A stretch of 64,000 nt of DNA from Lama glama (taxonomy: Eukaryota), in NCBI GenBank assembly GCA_028534125.1, contig CM052817.1, positions 51,090,001 through 51,154,000 on the forward strand. Direction: 5' to 3'. The notes under the pieces are model-generated. The model saw nothing but the letters and a program-made list of their open reading frames with translations. It had not been told where the DNA came from and ran no database searches. Each line of letters opens with the position of its first letter. Position 1 is the stretch's first letter. This document shows, piece by piece, positions 24,356 through 38,404 of this stretch. A program made the translations under genes and the position numbers.

Positions 24356-26264
24356 AAAGTTTATAAAGTAATTATACATTATAAAGTTCATTTCCTGATT
24401 TTGACATTGAGTTGTAAATTTTCCAATTGTTGAAAAAGTTCACCAAATTATGTATGTGAAAAAATAACAGATGCAAATATGGTCTCCAATACTGACCATT
24501 ACAATGAAGTAATTTTCCAAAATAGTACATGTTTTACATAAATGCAGAAGCCAAAACAATGAGCTAACTAAAAAAACATAATGAATTTATATTATGGGAG
24601 TTTTAATTAAGAATTCAAAAAGAGAAACCCAAGTAATTATTCAAGAGTAAAGCATAACTTATAAGTGACTGGAGATGCTAAGTAGATAAATATTATATTT
24701 CTTAAAAATACAAATGCATGGGATTATATATTCAAATACTGCTAAAACTCTATTTACCATATTATAAGAAAAGCAAATAAAAGTTCTTTCCCAGTGAATT
24801 GCCTTCTCTTTACAGACATATCCTTGAATGCTTAGGGGATATTAATGATTAAATGATTAAAATTGTTTATCTAAGTAGGATCATTGTGTAAAATTCTATC
24901 TGATGATAGTCATATATATTTTAATGCACTTTTACAGTATTGCAAGGGGAATGTATTATTTCTGTACATTTGTGTAGATTTTTCTGTACCCTTTTGGTAA
25001 TTGCCAAAAGAAGTAAAAAGAAGTAGGAGGAGCAGGAGGAAAGTGAGGAGGAAAAAGAACATGAAAGTATAAGAAAAATAAAGACAAAGGAGGAATTATC
25101 AGGCAAGAATAAATGTATCTCTAATATAAGATTTTTTGGGACAAGTAGACTATGAAGATGACAGTAATGAAGTTGATGATCTAAACAAAAGAAAATGAAG
25201 TTGACTGGAAAAAATTGAAAACAGCAGTTTTTGGTATTTTTCAATACAAATATTTATATTAATGCCATTAGGAAGGAAAACCTTTTTCCAGATTAGCTGG
25301 GAAAATGTGGGCTTACCTGAGGATGAAAGAACTTGATGAAAATACCTGAAATTAGCTCATGGATATCTATTACTTCAATAGTCCTCAACTACACTGAAGT
25401 CACAGTTAATTTCTCAATTTGACAGAAATATGTTTGCATGTGTGAGCAAATACAAATTCTTACAAGTTAATGCCAGAAGCATAGATGTTCTTTATCTAAA
25501 GATCACATTTTTAAATAAAATTATATTGGTATAGATAATTATATTTAATATATTACTATATATTTACTATATTACTAATATAAAATTAGTTAAGTTTATG
25601 TATAAATTTTCATGTTAGTTTTTTATTTTGAATATTTTATGTTAGTATTAATTTTAAACAACTATTAGGTTATTAATTTTGGTCAATATTATGCTTTTAG
25701 TGTATATATATTTTGTATTTGAAATATATTAAGTAGCTTTATTGATTTTATCTTATATTATGAATTCTAAATAAATTTGATTTCTGAACATTTATAAATT
25801 AGATTATTTTGTTATAATCTCTAACCTCTAATTCTGAGCACTTTTAAACTTAATATTGACATAGATTTTCGTTCTGCTTTTTAGTCACTCCAAAAAGAGG
25901 CACAAGTAACAATGGATGGTGCTAGCCACTGCATTATTAATGCACAAGGACATACTCAGAATTGTTATCAAAGGAAGTGGCTGAACACCGGCCATATATT
26001 AGAACAGATGTTCATGATGATTATCTAGTATCTCATTGTCTGAAATACTTTCTTATTTTATATATAAATTTAAAAATTCTGATATTTTTGGCAAAGTTAT
26101 TTCAAGCTAACTAAAATAGACTATCTTTCCCCAATTATATGAATTTACTCAGTAAATTTCTCTCTGCCTGAAATCCTTTCCCTCTGGGTAGCACTATTCC
26201 TTCTCCTTTCTCGTGATAAATTATCATAGACACTTTAATTTTTCACTGTACTACAGTTTTCCAA

Positions 26265-26430
26265 ATTTATTCCTTCAGAAACATTGAAATGTGAGGATTC
26301 AGACAAATAATACGTTTCCTTGCCTTTAATGATCTCATAACAGAGGTGAAAAACATACAAACCAATTATAATTCAAGGATATGAATGTTATATAAAGGTT
26401 TCTGAAGTGAGACTATAAAGGCCGGGATGG
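26265..26430 (-). mobile_element. L2 3' fragment
   Basis: gattcagacaaataatacgtttccttgcctttaatgatctcata resembles the antisense L2 tail region. Confidence 0.5.
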
Positions 26431-26594
26431 TGTTGCAGAGGAGACCTTTGTGGTAGTTTAAAAAACAACCGCTTCTCTAATGAGCAGCAGTGATGTCAGA
26501 GCTAACAGAGCTTCTGGTATCCTGGGTGTGGATAACCTGACATTTAGGGCGTAACATTTGAAGGCTGTTGTGGTGATTTGGTTTGATTCAGGGT

Positions 26595-26775
26595 AATGTT
26601 CCTCAAAGTGAGTTTCTTGCACCAGCAGCATCACCTGGGACTTGTCAGAGATGCAAATTCTCAGGCACCACCCCAGACCTAGTAAACCAGAGGAAACTGG
26701 GAGTGGGACCCAGCTGTCTGTCATTCAGCGAGCACTCCAAGTGATTCCAATGGACACTAAAATTTGAAGATCAAG
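26595..26775 (+). mobile_element. MER5A hAT-Charlie MITE
   Basis: ctcaaagtg...accagcagcatcacctggga cttgtcagagatgcaaattctcaggcaccaccccagaccta...ctaaaatttga. Confidence 0.92.
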
Positions 26776-27608
26776 ACTATTTCAGGCTGCCTTTAAGACT
26801 AAATTTAGCCCTTAAGTGAGAGAGAGAGGAGAGAGAGAGTGTGTTTGTATGTCTGTTCCTATGTCTGCATAATGTCAGCAACCCTAACTGACCTTGGCAT
26901 AGTTTAATAGCCACAGACATTGCCAATACCATCAAAAGTATCTGATCCTAAAGGATTTTTTTTTCCAGTTTGTTTTCCAGCTGCATGTGATCAGCCTACG
27001 AATCATTTCTCCTGGGTTCTTACCCCACTTTGTTTAAACCTTAGCCGCTACTGATCTAATCCTGCTCAAATTTGCTGATTTCATCTTACGCTTTGTATCT
27101 TGTCTCTGATTTGACACAGGTGCTGATGCTAGTAACTAATCCTCTGGTTGCTATACTATTAGCACAGCAAGGCACTACACACCGAAAAGGAAGTCTGAGC
27201 CATTTGATATATTTGTATATTATCCTCCCTTAGTGAATGGAAAATCTGTGTGAGAAAAGATTATGCTTTATATACTTGTATTCTACTCATTAACCACCAC
27301 AGTGAAATTCAGTCAAATCTATAACATATTCACTGTGCAAAAAACTTTGGTTTTACCTCCACTTTGATTTGACAAACTGTTTTGTTTCTATTTTACTTCA
27401 TTTTCTGGTAAAATAAATCATAAAACCAAGTGGCTGTAGAACAATGAACTATGTAATTGTTCATCACATTGAGTTCTTATATTCACTATTTTTCAATCTG
27501 TCATTAAATTAGTTACCTTCTATCTAAATCTGCAAGCTGTTACAACTCTTAAACGCCACCTGAGACTCAAGAGCTTACTGCAAAATTTGATGAAACTGGC
27601 TTATGGTA

Positions 27609-28104
27609 CTATGGTAGATGAAACACAGCCATAGATTGCATATAGCTCTTCTCGTTAGAAGTGGAGCCTGTTCCCCAATCCCTTAAATCCTGGCAGCCCT
27701 TATAACCTGCTTTGAACAATAAACAGTTGTAGAAGAGACATTGTGTGGGTTCTGGAGCCCAGGTCTTGTAAGGTTTTGCAACTTCTACCTTGCCCCTCTT
27801 GAAACAGTTCTAACCACATATAAATAACCCCATTATTACCTCCAGTAAGTTGAGAGGCTCTGTAGAGAAGAAGCGAGGCACCCAAACGGACAGTCAGCCA
27901 GCAGCAGCTCTGAGACGTGTGAGTGAAGCCATCTTTAATCTCCCAGGTCAGCTGATCCTCTTGCCGAAGGTAGGCACGTGAGTGAGCCCAGGTGCAACCA
28001 AAAGAAGAAATGCCAGGCTAAACAGCTGAATTGGGAGAAATAATAAATTAGCTTTAACTCAAAATGTTTGGGACAGTTGGTGTTGCATCAACAGTAATCT
28101 AAAA
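27609..28104 (+). mobile_element. MaLR solo LTR (MLT1G/H-like)
   Basis: agaagtggagcctgttcccc; acctgctttgaacaata; gtgagtgaagccatct; gtgagtgagcccagg; gagaaataataaat near the 3' end. Confidence 0.85.
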
Positions 28105-28799
28105 TTTTAAAATACTAGTTATATTTTGAACTTGTAAAATAATTTTCTATAATTTATTTTTGGTTTATATGCCAGTAATCGTTGATCAGACATTTTAAAG
28201 GAAGACTTTCAAATTTGATTTTGTTAAAACTTTTTTTTTAAGTAATTGAAGGACAAGCACTAGAACATATGTTATTAATGATCTAGGAAAATCTGGTCTC
28301 ATTGCCAACTATGTAATTCCAAAGAAAGATTCTATCATTCTAACTACTATTCCTCTGTTTTTTTCTTTGGCAAGGTCATAGTTAATGGGCTTCTCACTGT
28401 GTATCTGAAATATGATGACAATTAAAGAGAAATCCCTTTCAAGCACATGTGGCATTATAAAAATGACTTCCAAATAGCAAACTGACATAACACTTATGTC
28501 TGGGATATACTAAATGCTTAAGCTATTTGCTTTTTTCCCTCAAGAGTATAGTTTGATGACTCTATCTGTTAAAATGTAAATAGAGAAGTCACATTATTCA
28601 TTTTATTGGTTATGTTTTATGTATCAATTATATCTATTATTTTATTTGTAATCCATATTTTGTGAGATACTTAATACATTCATGCAACAGCTCAGATAAT
28701 AAGTACAGGGCTAAAAACTGTCATAGCATATTATTTAGGAACACACACAAAAATCTTCTCTATAATTTCATATTAAACCAGCTAAAATAATTTTCAAAC

Positions 28800-29665
28800 A
28801 TTGTTCATTTACATAACTTTATTTAAACATAAGTTTTGAATCATACCATGTGCCAGGTAACTATTCTCAGTACCAGACACAGAAGTGAACAAAAGACAAA
28901 CAAAAATCAAAACCTCCCTACCATGGGAGCTTACATTCTAAAGTAGGGGAAGACAGGCAATAAATAATATAAATAAGTACATTACACAAAATGTGTTCAT
29001 ATAACCTTACACATGTTGGGTGGTAAAGACATGTTAGATGTTTAGTGGTAATAAGAGTTGTAAGGAAAGTAGAATAGGAAATGAGCATAAAGATTGAAGT
29101 TTATGTGGAGGAAGATGGAGCAGAGCTATTTTGGGTAGATTTGTCATGGAAAGCCTCACTGAAAATATGGCATTTCAGCAAAAACTTAATGGAGGCAAGG
29201 AATAAATCTATCTGAATATCTAGAAAGCGTCCAATTTAGAAGGAAGAGTAAGCACAAAGAGTTGAAACAGAAGTGTGATCAAGGAACCTCTGGGAGGTCA
29301 ATACAGATGAAAAATAGTATGTGATGCTAAATATAATAGATGCATTTGGAGATAAGACAAGGCCAGATCATCTATAGTCTTGTAGACTTGTAAAGACTTT
29401 TACTCTGCTCAGAGTGGATGAAAAGTGATTTAGAGTATTTTAAAAAGAGTATTCTTTTGATTTCATTTTACTTTTAAATGATTACTGTGATACCTCTATA
29501 AAAGAAATTTGGACTAATGTATAGGGCAGAGGGTAGAGGTAAAGAGTATGATTTCTAAGTGTAGTTTAAGAACTAAGCCCAACGTGATCTACTGATGGAA
29601 TAAATGAGAGATGTGAGTCAGGGAAGATGAGGATAACTCCAAGTTGTTTATTTAAAATGCCATGG
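28800..29665 (-). mobile_element. L2a-like 3' portion
   Basis: ttcattt...taccatgtgccagg...gtgaacaaaagacaaa...catgggagcttacattcta...ggccagatcat...ggataactccaag. Confidence 0.9.
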
Positions 29666-29769
29666 ATATGTTTCCATGATATGACCATCTGTATAATCAT
29701 TTCTCATATGACATAATGCTAAATGGTTTATAAATGGTCACAACCATTTCCATATGGCTGAATATTTGT

Positions 29770-30010
29770 CACATTTTAATAAACATATGTTTCCTGAGAA
29801 TCCAAATGAGAAACTGTGTTAGGCTCAAAAATGTATGAGACATATTCCCTGTCCTTGAGTAGACTACAAATCTAGTGTGAGAGACAAACACATATTAAAA
29901 AAATACTTTCAGTGTAGTGTAGGAAGTGATAAGATACAAATATAATGATACTTAAACAGAAATAAAGTACAGTGATCTGAACATATGGAAGACATAGGAG
30001 TTAATTTCAA
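29770..30010 (-). mobile_element. L2 3' fragment
   Basis: aataaacatatgtttcctgag...actgtgttaggc...atgagacatattccctgtccttgag...tctagtg. Confidence 0.65.
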
Positions 30011-30029
30011 GGTTGTGCAAGCTTTTCAG

Positions 30030-31672
30030 ATAAAATATATAAATTTATAGATAAAAATGGAAGAAGAACTAAACAAATGGGGAGATATATCATGTTATTA
30101 GACTGGAAAACTCAATATTGTGAAAATGGCAATTTCCCAAGATTCATAATAGGTTAAATAAAATTTTACTTGAAATATCCACAGATTTTTTATTTTTAGT
30201 ATAAAATTAAGATCTGACTCTAAAGGCAAAATAATAATCAAGTCACTTACTAATAAAAGGACAAGGTGGAAACATTTAATCTGAAAACAGCAAGACAATA
30301 TTAAACTTGTGATAAGATGATGTATTTTTTCAATTGTAGAAAATTACCCATGTAAATGGAACAAAGAAATAGAAAAAAATGATTGATAGATGTATATACT
30401 AATGTATGAACAAGATGACATGTTAAAAATGATCAATAGGAACAGATTACCCTGTGAAATAAATGGTAATATGGCAAGGGGTATTTATAAGAAATACAAT
30501 GAAATCACAGCCTCTCACCCTGCCATATTAAAAAACCAACTCCAAGTAAAGAAAAGGTAAAAGTATAAAGTAACTAGGACATAATAGAGTGAATATTTTC
30601 AATAACCTGCTGCAAGGAAAGAATTATTAAACAAGAAACATAAACAATAACCACAGAGTAAAAGACCAATAAATTACTATACAGTAAAACTAAGAATTAC
30701 ATTCACCAAAAGGTAACATAAAGAGAATACAAATTCCAATGGCAACATAGGAGATAATATTATAAATGAAAAAAGCTAACAAAGAACTAGGGTCCAAAAT
30801 ATGAGAACATTTTACAACCAGTTTAAAAAAAAAGATATTAACTCAAATTTAAAAAAAATTTTCCAAAGACTTCTAAAGAGGGTTTTCTAAAAGGAAGCTG
30901 AAGTAAGTAATATTAGAGATTATATGTAATCAAATTCATAATCAAAGAAAAGCAAGTTAAAACTTTAAGACCATATCACTATTAAAAATATCAACTGGCA
31001 ACGAGGATGCAGAGGATCATGAACTACCATATTCTTTGGAACACTTCTGACATTATCTATTAAATTTTAAGATTTGCATATCCTCTGATCCAGCAATTCT
31101 ACCACTATGTATAGTTTCTAGATAAACCATCAAGTGCACCAAAAAATACACACAGTACATCCACAGCAGCATTGTTTGGGACAGACAATAAACAGAAACA
31201 ACCCAAAAGATCACCTACAGTAGAATGGATTAAATAAATATGTGGTATAGTTATACAATGGAATATCATATGACAATAAAAATGAGTAAGCTAAATCTAC
31301 GTGCAACAATTTGGATGAATTTTACAAATATAATTTTGAACAAAAGAAGCCAGATACAATGAAAGTATATACTCTCTGAGTCCATTGTTACAAATTTCAG
31401 AAACAAATTTAAAAGACATTGTTTTAGAATGCATACATCAATCTAAACTAAAGAAATTAAAAAGTGATTAATATCACAGAACTCAACAGCTGTTAACTCT
31501 GGGGGAATGATCAAGTTCATGACTGAGGAAGGAAATCTGGGGTGCTTCTGAAGTTCTGATAATGTTCTATTATTTTTCCATGTACCATAATAAGATTATT
31601 CACTTTATTAGTTTATTTACACTTGAAATATATGTTCTAGTTATATATATTTTAAAGAAAAATTTATATAAA
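30030..31672 (+). mobile_element. Old L1ME-like 3' fragment (ORF2 end plus 3' UTR)
   Basis: agaagaactaaacaaatggggagatatatcatgtt...ggaaaactcaatattg; tgatccagcaattctacc; gcaacaatttggatgaattttacaaatataattttgaacaaaagaagccagatacaa. Confidence 0.88.
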
Positions 31673-31914
31673 AAGTTAATATTTTGCTGTGCAATTATTC
31701 CAAACAATTTAGACTTCTTTTTTTAAATGTCTAAAGTGAAAAAAAATCTGTATATGAATGCTACATTACCAAATGAGAATACAAAATCTCTCAAAAATCA
31801 TTCTTTTCAATATAATTTTCATACCTAACAATATAAGTAAATAAAGCATGAAAGAATTAAATTATGAAACATATAACATCTAATATGTTAATACTGAAAA
31901 AAATAAGCAGCAGG

Positions 31915-34900
31915 CTCTAATTCCAGAAACGGCAACATGAGAAGTTTGAAGAAATCTACTCAACAGAAAAGAATATGACTGAACCAAGTTACCATAAATA
32001 ACAATACTGGAACACTGGAAAGTGATTAAAGGTGAATTTAAATGTCAATCACTTGAGAAGTACAGCTGAGTCTTGTTATTTATCATTAATTATGTTCCAG
32101 AAAGTTGCTGTGAACACTGAATAGGTGGATACTGAATCACCGCCCTTAAGGGAAATACAGGGTTAAGGTCCTGCTAGCCTCTGTTCACAACTTTTATCAA
32201 CAGTTAAGTATATCACTTTATTTTATGTTGGTTTCTGTTTAAAGATACCTTGATTCATTAACACTGAACTCATGCTCAATAGCACTATAACTCATGCCTG
32301 ACTAAAATTATACTTTCTTGGTAAGGTGTATCCCAGCCTGTCATGCTTAGGAAAACTAGAGAGCCCTTCAGCACTGTGTTTGAGGGGCACTTGAACAGTG
32401 AAATCATCAACAAAAAGCACACAAAAAAAACTTAAACAGGGAGGCAGAGCATTACCTTGTCTGATCTCAGCTGGGAATGTGTGCCACTCAGTGTTTTTCA
32501 CTCCACATGTGACTGTGAGTAAGCGCCAAAGACCATGAGTATTATTATGAATTAATTTTAGTGAGTGGGCAAACTTACAAATATGGAATCAGTGAAGAAT
32601 GAAGACTCACTATGTCTACTCTTAAAATAACTGCTACTGTGTTGTATAAGATCCATGGGTTTGTGATCCTCTTACCTGATGGAGCTTTCATTCCCCTACC
32701 AAGGGTGCCCAAACCCACAGCTTTTTCTTCTAGGAGTAACGGACTTTGTTCAGGGCAGGTGAAGAGCAGTGAGAAATCTAATGTAGAGATTTTCGACGTG
32801 AGAGAGCCATGAAGCACTGTGATATTAACCTATCCCCAACCCTGGCTTACTGCTAAGATATGCATGCACACAGCAGATGTAGGGAGTCCAGTTAAAATGT
32901 AAAACCAGAAAAAAGGTGCAAATTTGCTCTGTCTCTGAATGCAACTCAGACAACAAAGGTGAACCTTTCATGCCTTTAGGTTGGGGCATAATCTTTGCCC
33001 AGATTTTGCAATGCCTCAATGCTAAAAAAGTCCAACTCTAGGGAGACAGGAACCCAAGGAGTATTAGTACAAAGAAATTCACATTATACCACCCTGCTGA
33101 AAGGCAACATAAGAAGAGAAAATGCTGAAAGCACCAAGAGAAAAATAACACATCACAGGAACGCAACGATACAATTAATAGTTATCTTCTTATCAACAAA
33201 TATTGATGTCAAAAGACATGGAATGGCATGCTGCAGGTGCTGACAATAAAAATGAGTCAATTTTATACTTCGCAAATTATCCCTCAAATTAAAGGCAAAA
33301 TAAAGACATGTTTACATAAACAAAAAACTGAAAGAATCTATAACCAACAGACCCATACTATATAAGAAACACCAACAGGAATTCCTTTAGGCTGAAGGAA
33401 AATGACACCAAACAGTAACTCAGATCCATAGGGAGCAATTTAGAGCAATGTAAACAGCAAACATGTGGATAGATATAAAGATTATAAATGTAAAATGTTC
33501 CATTAGATATATGTTATATATGTTGAATATATTTCTTTAATTTCTGTAGAAGATACATGACTGTCTAAAGGAACACATATAACTGTATTGTTGAGTGTGC
33601 AACATATATGGATTTTAATATGTATGACAGCAACAGGACAAGAATGGAGGAGGTAGAGCCATTATTGGTAGGATATGACTAGGATAAAGTCCATATTAAC
33701 AAAGTAAATTGTGGTAAGTAAAATATGCATATTAAAGTTCTTACAACAACTACTAAAAATAGCACAAAAATTTAGTTATAATGCAATAGGGCCATTAAAA
33801 TAGTATGGTAAAATATTTAACAGAACAGGTATCAGTAAAGTAGAAATAGGAAACAAAAGGGAGATGAGACAAATAGAAAAAAGTCAAATGATAGACATAA
33901 ATCCAAACACATACATAGTTATTTTAAGTGTGAACAGATTGAACACTGTGTTCCAAAAAACAAAATTAATCTTTCTGAAGGTAAAGTTATAAGTAGTCCA
34001 AAGAGAAATATGTTAAATCAAAAAATGCGATAGACTGAAAGTAAAATAAAATGGAAAAGGTAGACTATGCAAAAAGTAAATGTAAGAGAGCTAAAGTGGC
34101 CATCCTAACAGCAGACACAATAAACTTCAAAAAATAAATATCACTACATACAAAGAAAGATCACGACAAGACAATTAGATGGGCAAGAAGATATAAAAAA
34201 TATGTGTAGTTGCACTAAGAAAGTTCTACAATACATGTTAACAAAAATAGACAAAAACACAATAATAATTGGATATTTAAATATTCTTTTTGTATGAATT
34301 GACAGAGCAACCAGACAGAAAATCAGTAATGAAAGAAAAGACTTGAAAAATATTATCAACCAACTTGGACAAATCAACAACTATAAAACACTATAGCCAT
34401 ACACATTTTTTGAGATAGTATATGGAAGAATTACTAGAACAGAATATATGCTGGGCATAAAATTATTCTCAGTAATTTAAAAGAATTACAGTGCTTGTTT
34501 TCTAATCATATCAGAACTAAGTTATATATAAAAATCAGGAAAAAAATCAGTGGAATAATACACAAATGTTAAACCACGTGCTTCTGAACTAACTGCCTTT
34601 GTATTCAAGAAGAAATAACACAGGATATTAGAAAAGATTTAAACAGAAAGACATTAAAATATCAAAATTCCCGTAATGAAGTTAAAGACCTGTTTAGAGG
34701 GAAATATTTTTTGTATGTTAATGTTAGAATAAATAAATTTTCTAAGTTTCTACCTTAAGTTAGAAAAAAATCAAATTAAACCCAAGATAAGTGGAAAAAA
34801 GGAAACAAAAAATACAGGTAGAAGTTATTAAAACAAAAAATGGTTAAACATTAAAGATAATGAATAAAATCCAAGGTTGAGCATTTGAAAAGACCGATAA

Positions 34901-35800
34901 AATGGGAAGAAAAATAGCTAACCCAATGAAGCAGACAAAAGAGAGAAGGCAAAAATTACCAATATCAGAAATGGAAAGGGACATCACTAGAGGCAGTAAG
35001 CATATTTGAAGAATAATTAGGAAATATTATGGAATAGATCAAAATCTTCAGAAAATAGAGAAGAAAAGAACACTTCCTAACTCATTTTATGAGTCCAGTG
35101 TGACTTCATTTCAAACCGAGACAAAAAGATTTCAAGGAAAGAAGTCTGAAACCATATCACTTATGAACATAGCTACATAAGCTCTATCAGAATATTGGCA
35201 AATCAAATACAGTAGTATATAAAGGACAATAAACCTTGGCCAAGTAGCGCTAATCACAATAATTTAAGATTGGTTTAACTTCCAAGTATCGATTAATGAT
35301 TATTTATTATATTAATAAAAATAACATAGCATATTATCTTCTCAATAAATGCAGAGAAATACCTGCCAAAATTCAACACCCATCTTTGACTACAATTTTT
35401 AGCAAATGAGAAAGCAAAAATAACATGCTTAATCTGACAATAAGCATGAAAATAAAAAATCTACAGCTAATATCTTAATGGTAAAAACTGAATGTTTCTA
35501 CCGAAGGTCAGCAAGAAGACATGCAAGTCCACTCTTACCTCTTCTCTTCAATATTGCACTGTAGGGCCTGTCAGCTCAATGAGAGAGAAAATAAATAAAA
35601 TTCACAGTTTGGAAAGTAAACAGTAAAGAGCTTCTTGTTCACTGAAAACACAATAGTGTATACAGAAAATACTAAAAAATCTACAAAAGTTTTTTGAAGT
35701 AATAAGTTAATGTAGAAGAGTTGCTGCATATATATATTATGTATACTGATCTTGAGCAGTGGAAATATATATATAATATGTATATATATGCATATCAGCA
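31915..35800 (+). mobile_element. Old L1M (L1MC/MD-like) 5' region, ORF1 end, inter-ORF and ORF2 EN/RT remnants; interrupted by MER82
   Basis: aaaggcaaaataaagacatg...aaaaactgaaagaat (ORF1 end); aagagagctaaagtggccatcctaacagcagac (EN); tcctaactcattttatgag; tcaataaatgcagag...aaaattcaacacc (RT). Several internal deletions. Confidence 0.88.
32063..32612 (+). mobile_element. MER82 (TcMar-Tigger) non-autonomous DNA transposon
   Basis: TA then cag...ttatgttccagaaagttgctgtgaacactgaa...gggaaatacagggtta...agcactataactcatgcctga...caaatatggaatcagtgaagaatga, collinear with the recalled MER82 consensus. Confidence 0.9.
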
Positions 35801-35959
35801 ATGAAAGATAAAGTAACTGATGTATAGGGAACTTAAGCAGGAAATTCCCTCAAGTTTACAGAGGAAGGAGTTGTAAAGTCAGGATCTGATGGTAACTCAG
35901 GTATGTGGAAGAGTGAGTTTTAAAAATAATGACAAGCATATATAACTAATTATATAATT

Positions 35960-36985
35960 TGTTCTAGAATATTTCAGATCCCTTTCTATGTATATGTATG
36001 CCCATGTACAAAGATTTTCTACCTTTCTGATTGTCTTTACATAAACTGAGCAACAGTTCACATTTGTTTTTTTTTTTCACTTTATAATGTCTTAGAAATC
36101 TTTTCATTTTAATGTATGTTCTTTTGAATGGCTGCATAATTTTACAAAGGGTAACTTTTTTTCTGTGATTTAACTTTTATTGATGGAGCTTTCTATCGAT
36201 TGTTTCCATTTGGTCATAATGGCAAGCAATACTGCTATTAATATAACTGCATGTGACTTTTAAAAAGAAATAGAAGTTGTATTTCTATGGAACAGGTTTC
36301 TCATGTTGAATGTATGCTTCAGTGAAAATATTTATTTTAAATTTTACATAGAATACTCAAAAATGTCCCCATCCAATGCTTTAGTCAATTTATTTGGCAC
36401 CAGGATTACATAAAAATGTCCTTATCTAGCTGATAACAGATATAAAATTTTGCTGCTCTGTTAGGGCAAAATAATACATGATTGATTTTTTTTCATTTTT
36501 CTGCTTGTTAGAAAGGCAAAGTTAGATAATAAAATTAAATATTTTTAAGAATAAATGCTCACAGCTTTTTATTCTTTTAAATTGAATATGATGTTTTAAT
36601 GTTAGAATATTTCATATACTGTGACCCCAGAACACATTTTTCTATAAGTATTTCATGCAGGCTTTCATATTTTTAAATTAATTTTAGTTATGTAACTTTT
36701 TTTATACAGAAATTTTGAATTTTATGTACTTCCTGACAACATTTTATTTCAGAAATTTGAAACTTATGTTGGACATCCAGCACTCTAAGATTATTTTTTA
36801 AATTCTCCGAGATTTATTACCAAAAATTTGTATCTGGTTATTTATATCTTGGCCCTTTGGTAATTTTGAAATGTATTTTCACATAAGTGTTAATGTGTTA
36901 TGTGTAGGTTTAATTCTATTATATTATCAATGGATAGCCAATTAAATGTTAATAGATTTTAAAAGACCATATTTGACATGAAAAA
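35960..36985 (-). mobile_element. Very old L1ME-like fragment
   Basis: ttttttcactt...aatgtcttagaaatc...gaatggctgcata...gatgga...attgtttcca...caatactgct; T-rich antisense L1 texture. Confidence 0.65.
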
Positions 36986-37441
36986 TTATACATTAAAATT
37001 TATTTAAAAAATTATCTTATTTCTCCTGCAACTTAAACTTGTGATATTTAATTTCACTCTATTTTCTATTGGTCAACAGATGGACTTATCATAAATGCCA
37101 TTGTTCACATAACAGAGCAGAATTTGCTCTTACTCCAAATAACAGAACATATTAATCACTTTTTTTTTTTGTTTATACCTGTTTTAGACACAGCTGCCTT
37201 TATTTTAAGTATCCATAAGAATCATTCTTTGCCCATCTGATCATAGCTCAAGTTCCTCCAGGATTCAACGTTTTGCCAGACAGACTATTCTTTTCAATTA
37301 ATATGGGTCAATACATAAGGATTTATTTCTCAAAATCTGTACTTCACATTAGTCATATTCTACACAAAATAGGTAGATGTTGACCCACTCTCAGCAGCAT
37401 ATTTATGAAAAACTTCTTGGTTTTGCACAATTTGAATGCTA

Positions 37442-37500
37442 TCTTTCTCTCTCTCTATCACACACACACACACGCACACACAGACACACATTCACACATG
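37442..37500. repeat. Compound (CT)n(CA)n microsatellite
   Basis: Direct reading. Confidence 0.92.
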
Positions 37501-38404
37501 TATGTATGCATCCTGACACAGAGTTTGAGTCTCTCTACTGATCTCTTTTAGTTATATTACTGACAGAGAAACTCCGTGAAACTTGCTGAGTAGCCAATGA
37601 CGTTAAGGTGATGCATCACTCTGATATAGACACATTAAAATAAAGTACTGCTGCTTAATACCAATGCAAACAGCACAGCACATTCAATTATGCACTAAAC
37701 AGCTTTCCTCTCTTCTCTTATACCCATGTCTAGAGGACTACTGGAGCTGTGTTTCAAACAGTTACTCAAATTTTGCACAGCCTTCCAACAACATGTTATG
37801 GTTACCAAAGACAAGAAGCAATAATAGATTAATTCAGCAAGGGCTGAATATGCCTTTAATAGCCATGCAATAGGCTTATCTAGGCCGACAAAGTGACCCC
37901 CTTTCATGTCTGTTCAATTAGAGATAATAGTTGAAGGCATTAATCACACATATTTTCAACAAAACTTTTCTCAGTTAAAGACACCGTGCAAATGATGTGG
38001 TCCAATGCACATCCGCCCATTAGGGTTGCTATGACTATGGTGAGTCTGATCTGAAAGACAGGATACAATCAGGCCTGAGACAATGAGTGGATTTTCATAT
38101 TTAATGGCCTGGGTTTTCAGCTTGGCACAGCAAACTGAATAGCAGTGACCCAAAGGTGACCTTCCATTTTTCTTCTTTGATTTGTCCCCAGGAATGGATA
38201 AGGCACTGGGATCCTGGGAGTAATCAGAAAACAAGCTTGTCCTCTTGTATAAATGAAAACATCTAGGAAGAGTCTACTTTAGAAAACTTTTGTTTCATTA
38301 CTGATATGGGAGAATTCTCTTGTTATTAAATGATTCTTGATTTAAAGGTCTTTCAAACAATACTGTTAAAAAAAATTATATCACCCAGGAGTAGTGAAAT
38401 CCAG

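Noticed and set aside
24921..25244. 107-aa ORF with a Ser-rich tract
   Set aside because: Antisense of GA-rich low-complexity sequence.
25860..26030. Plus-strand acceptor followed by 47 open codons
   Set aside because: Unrecognised peptide with no supporting neighbours; compatible with chance.
35720..35800. Imperfect inverted repeat or pre-miRNA-like hairpin
   Set aside because: Pairing arises from self-complementary TA repeats at an L1 breakpoint.
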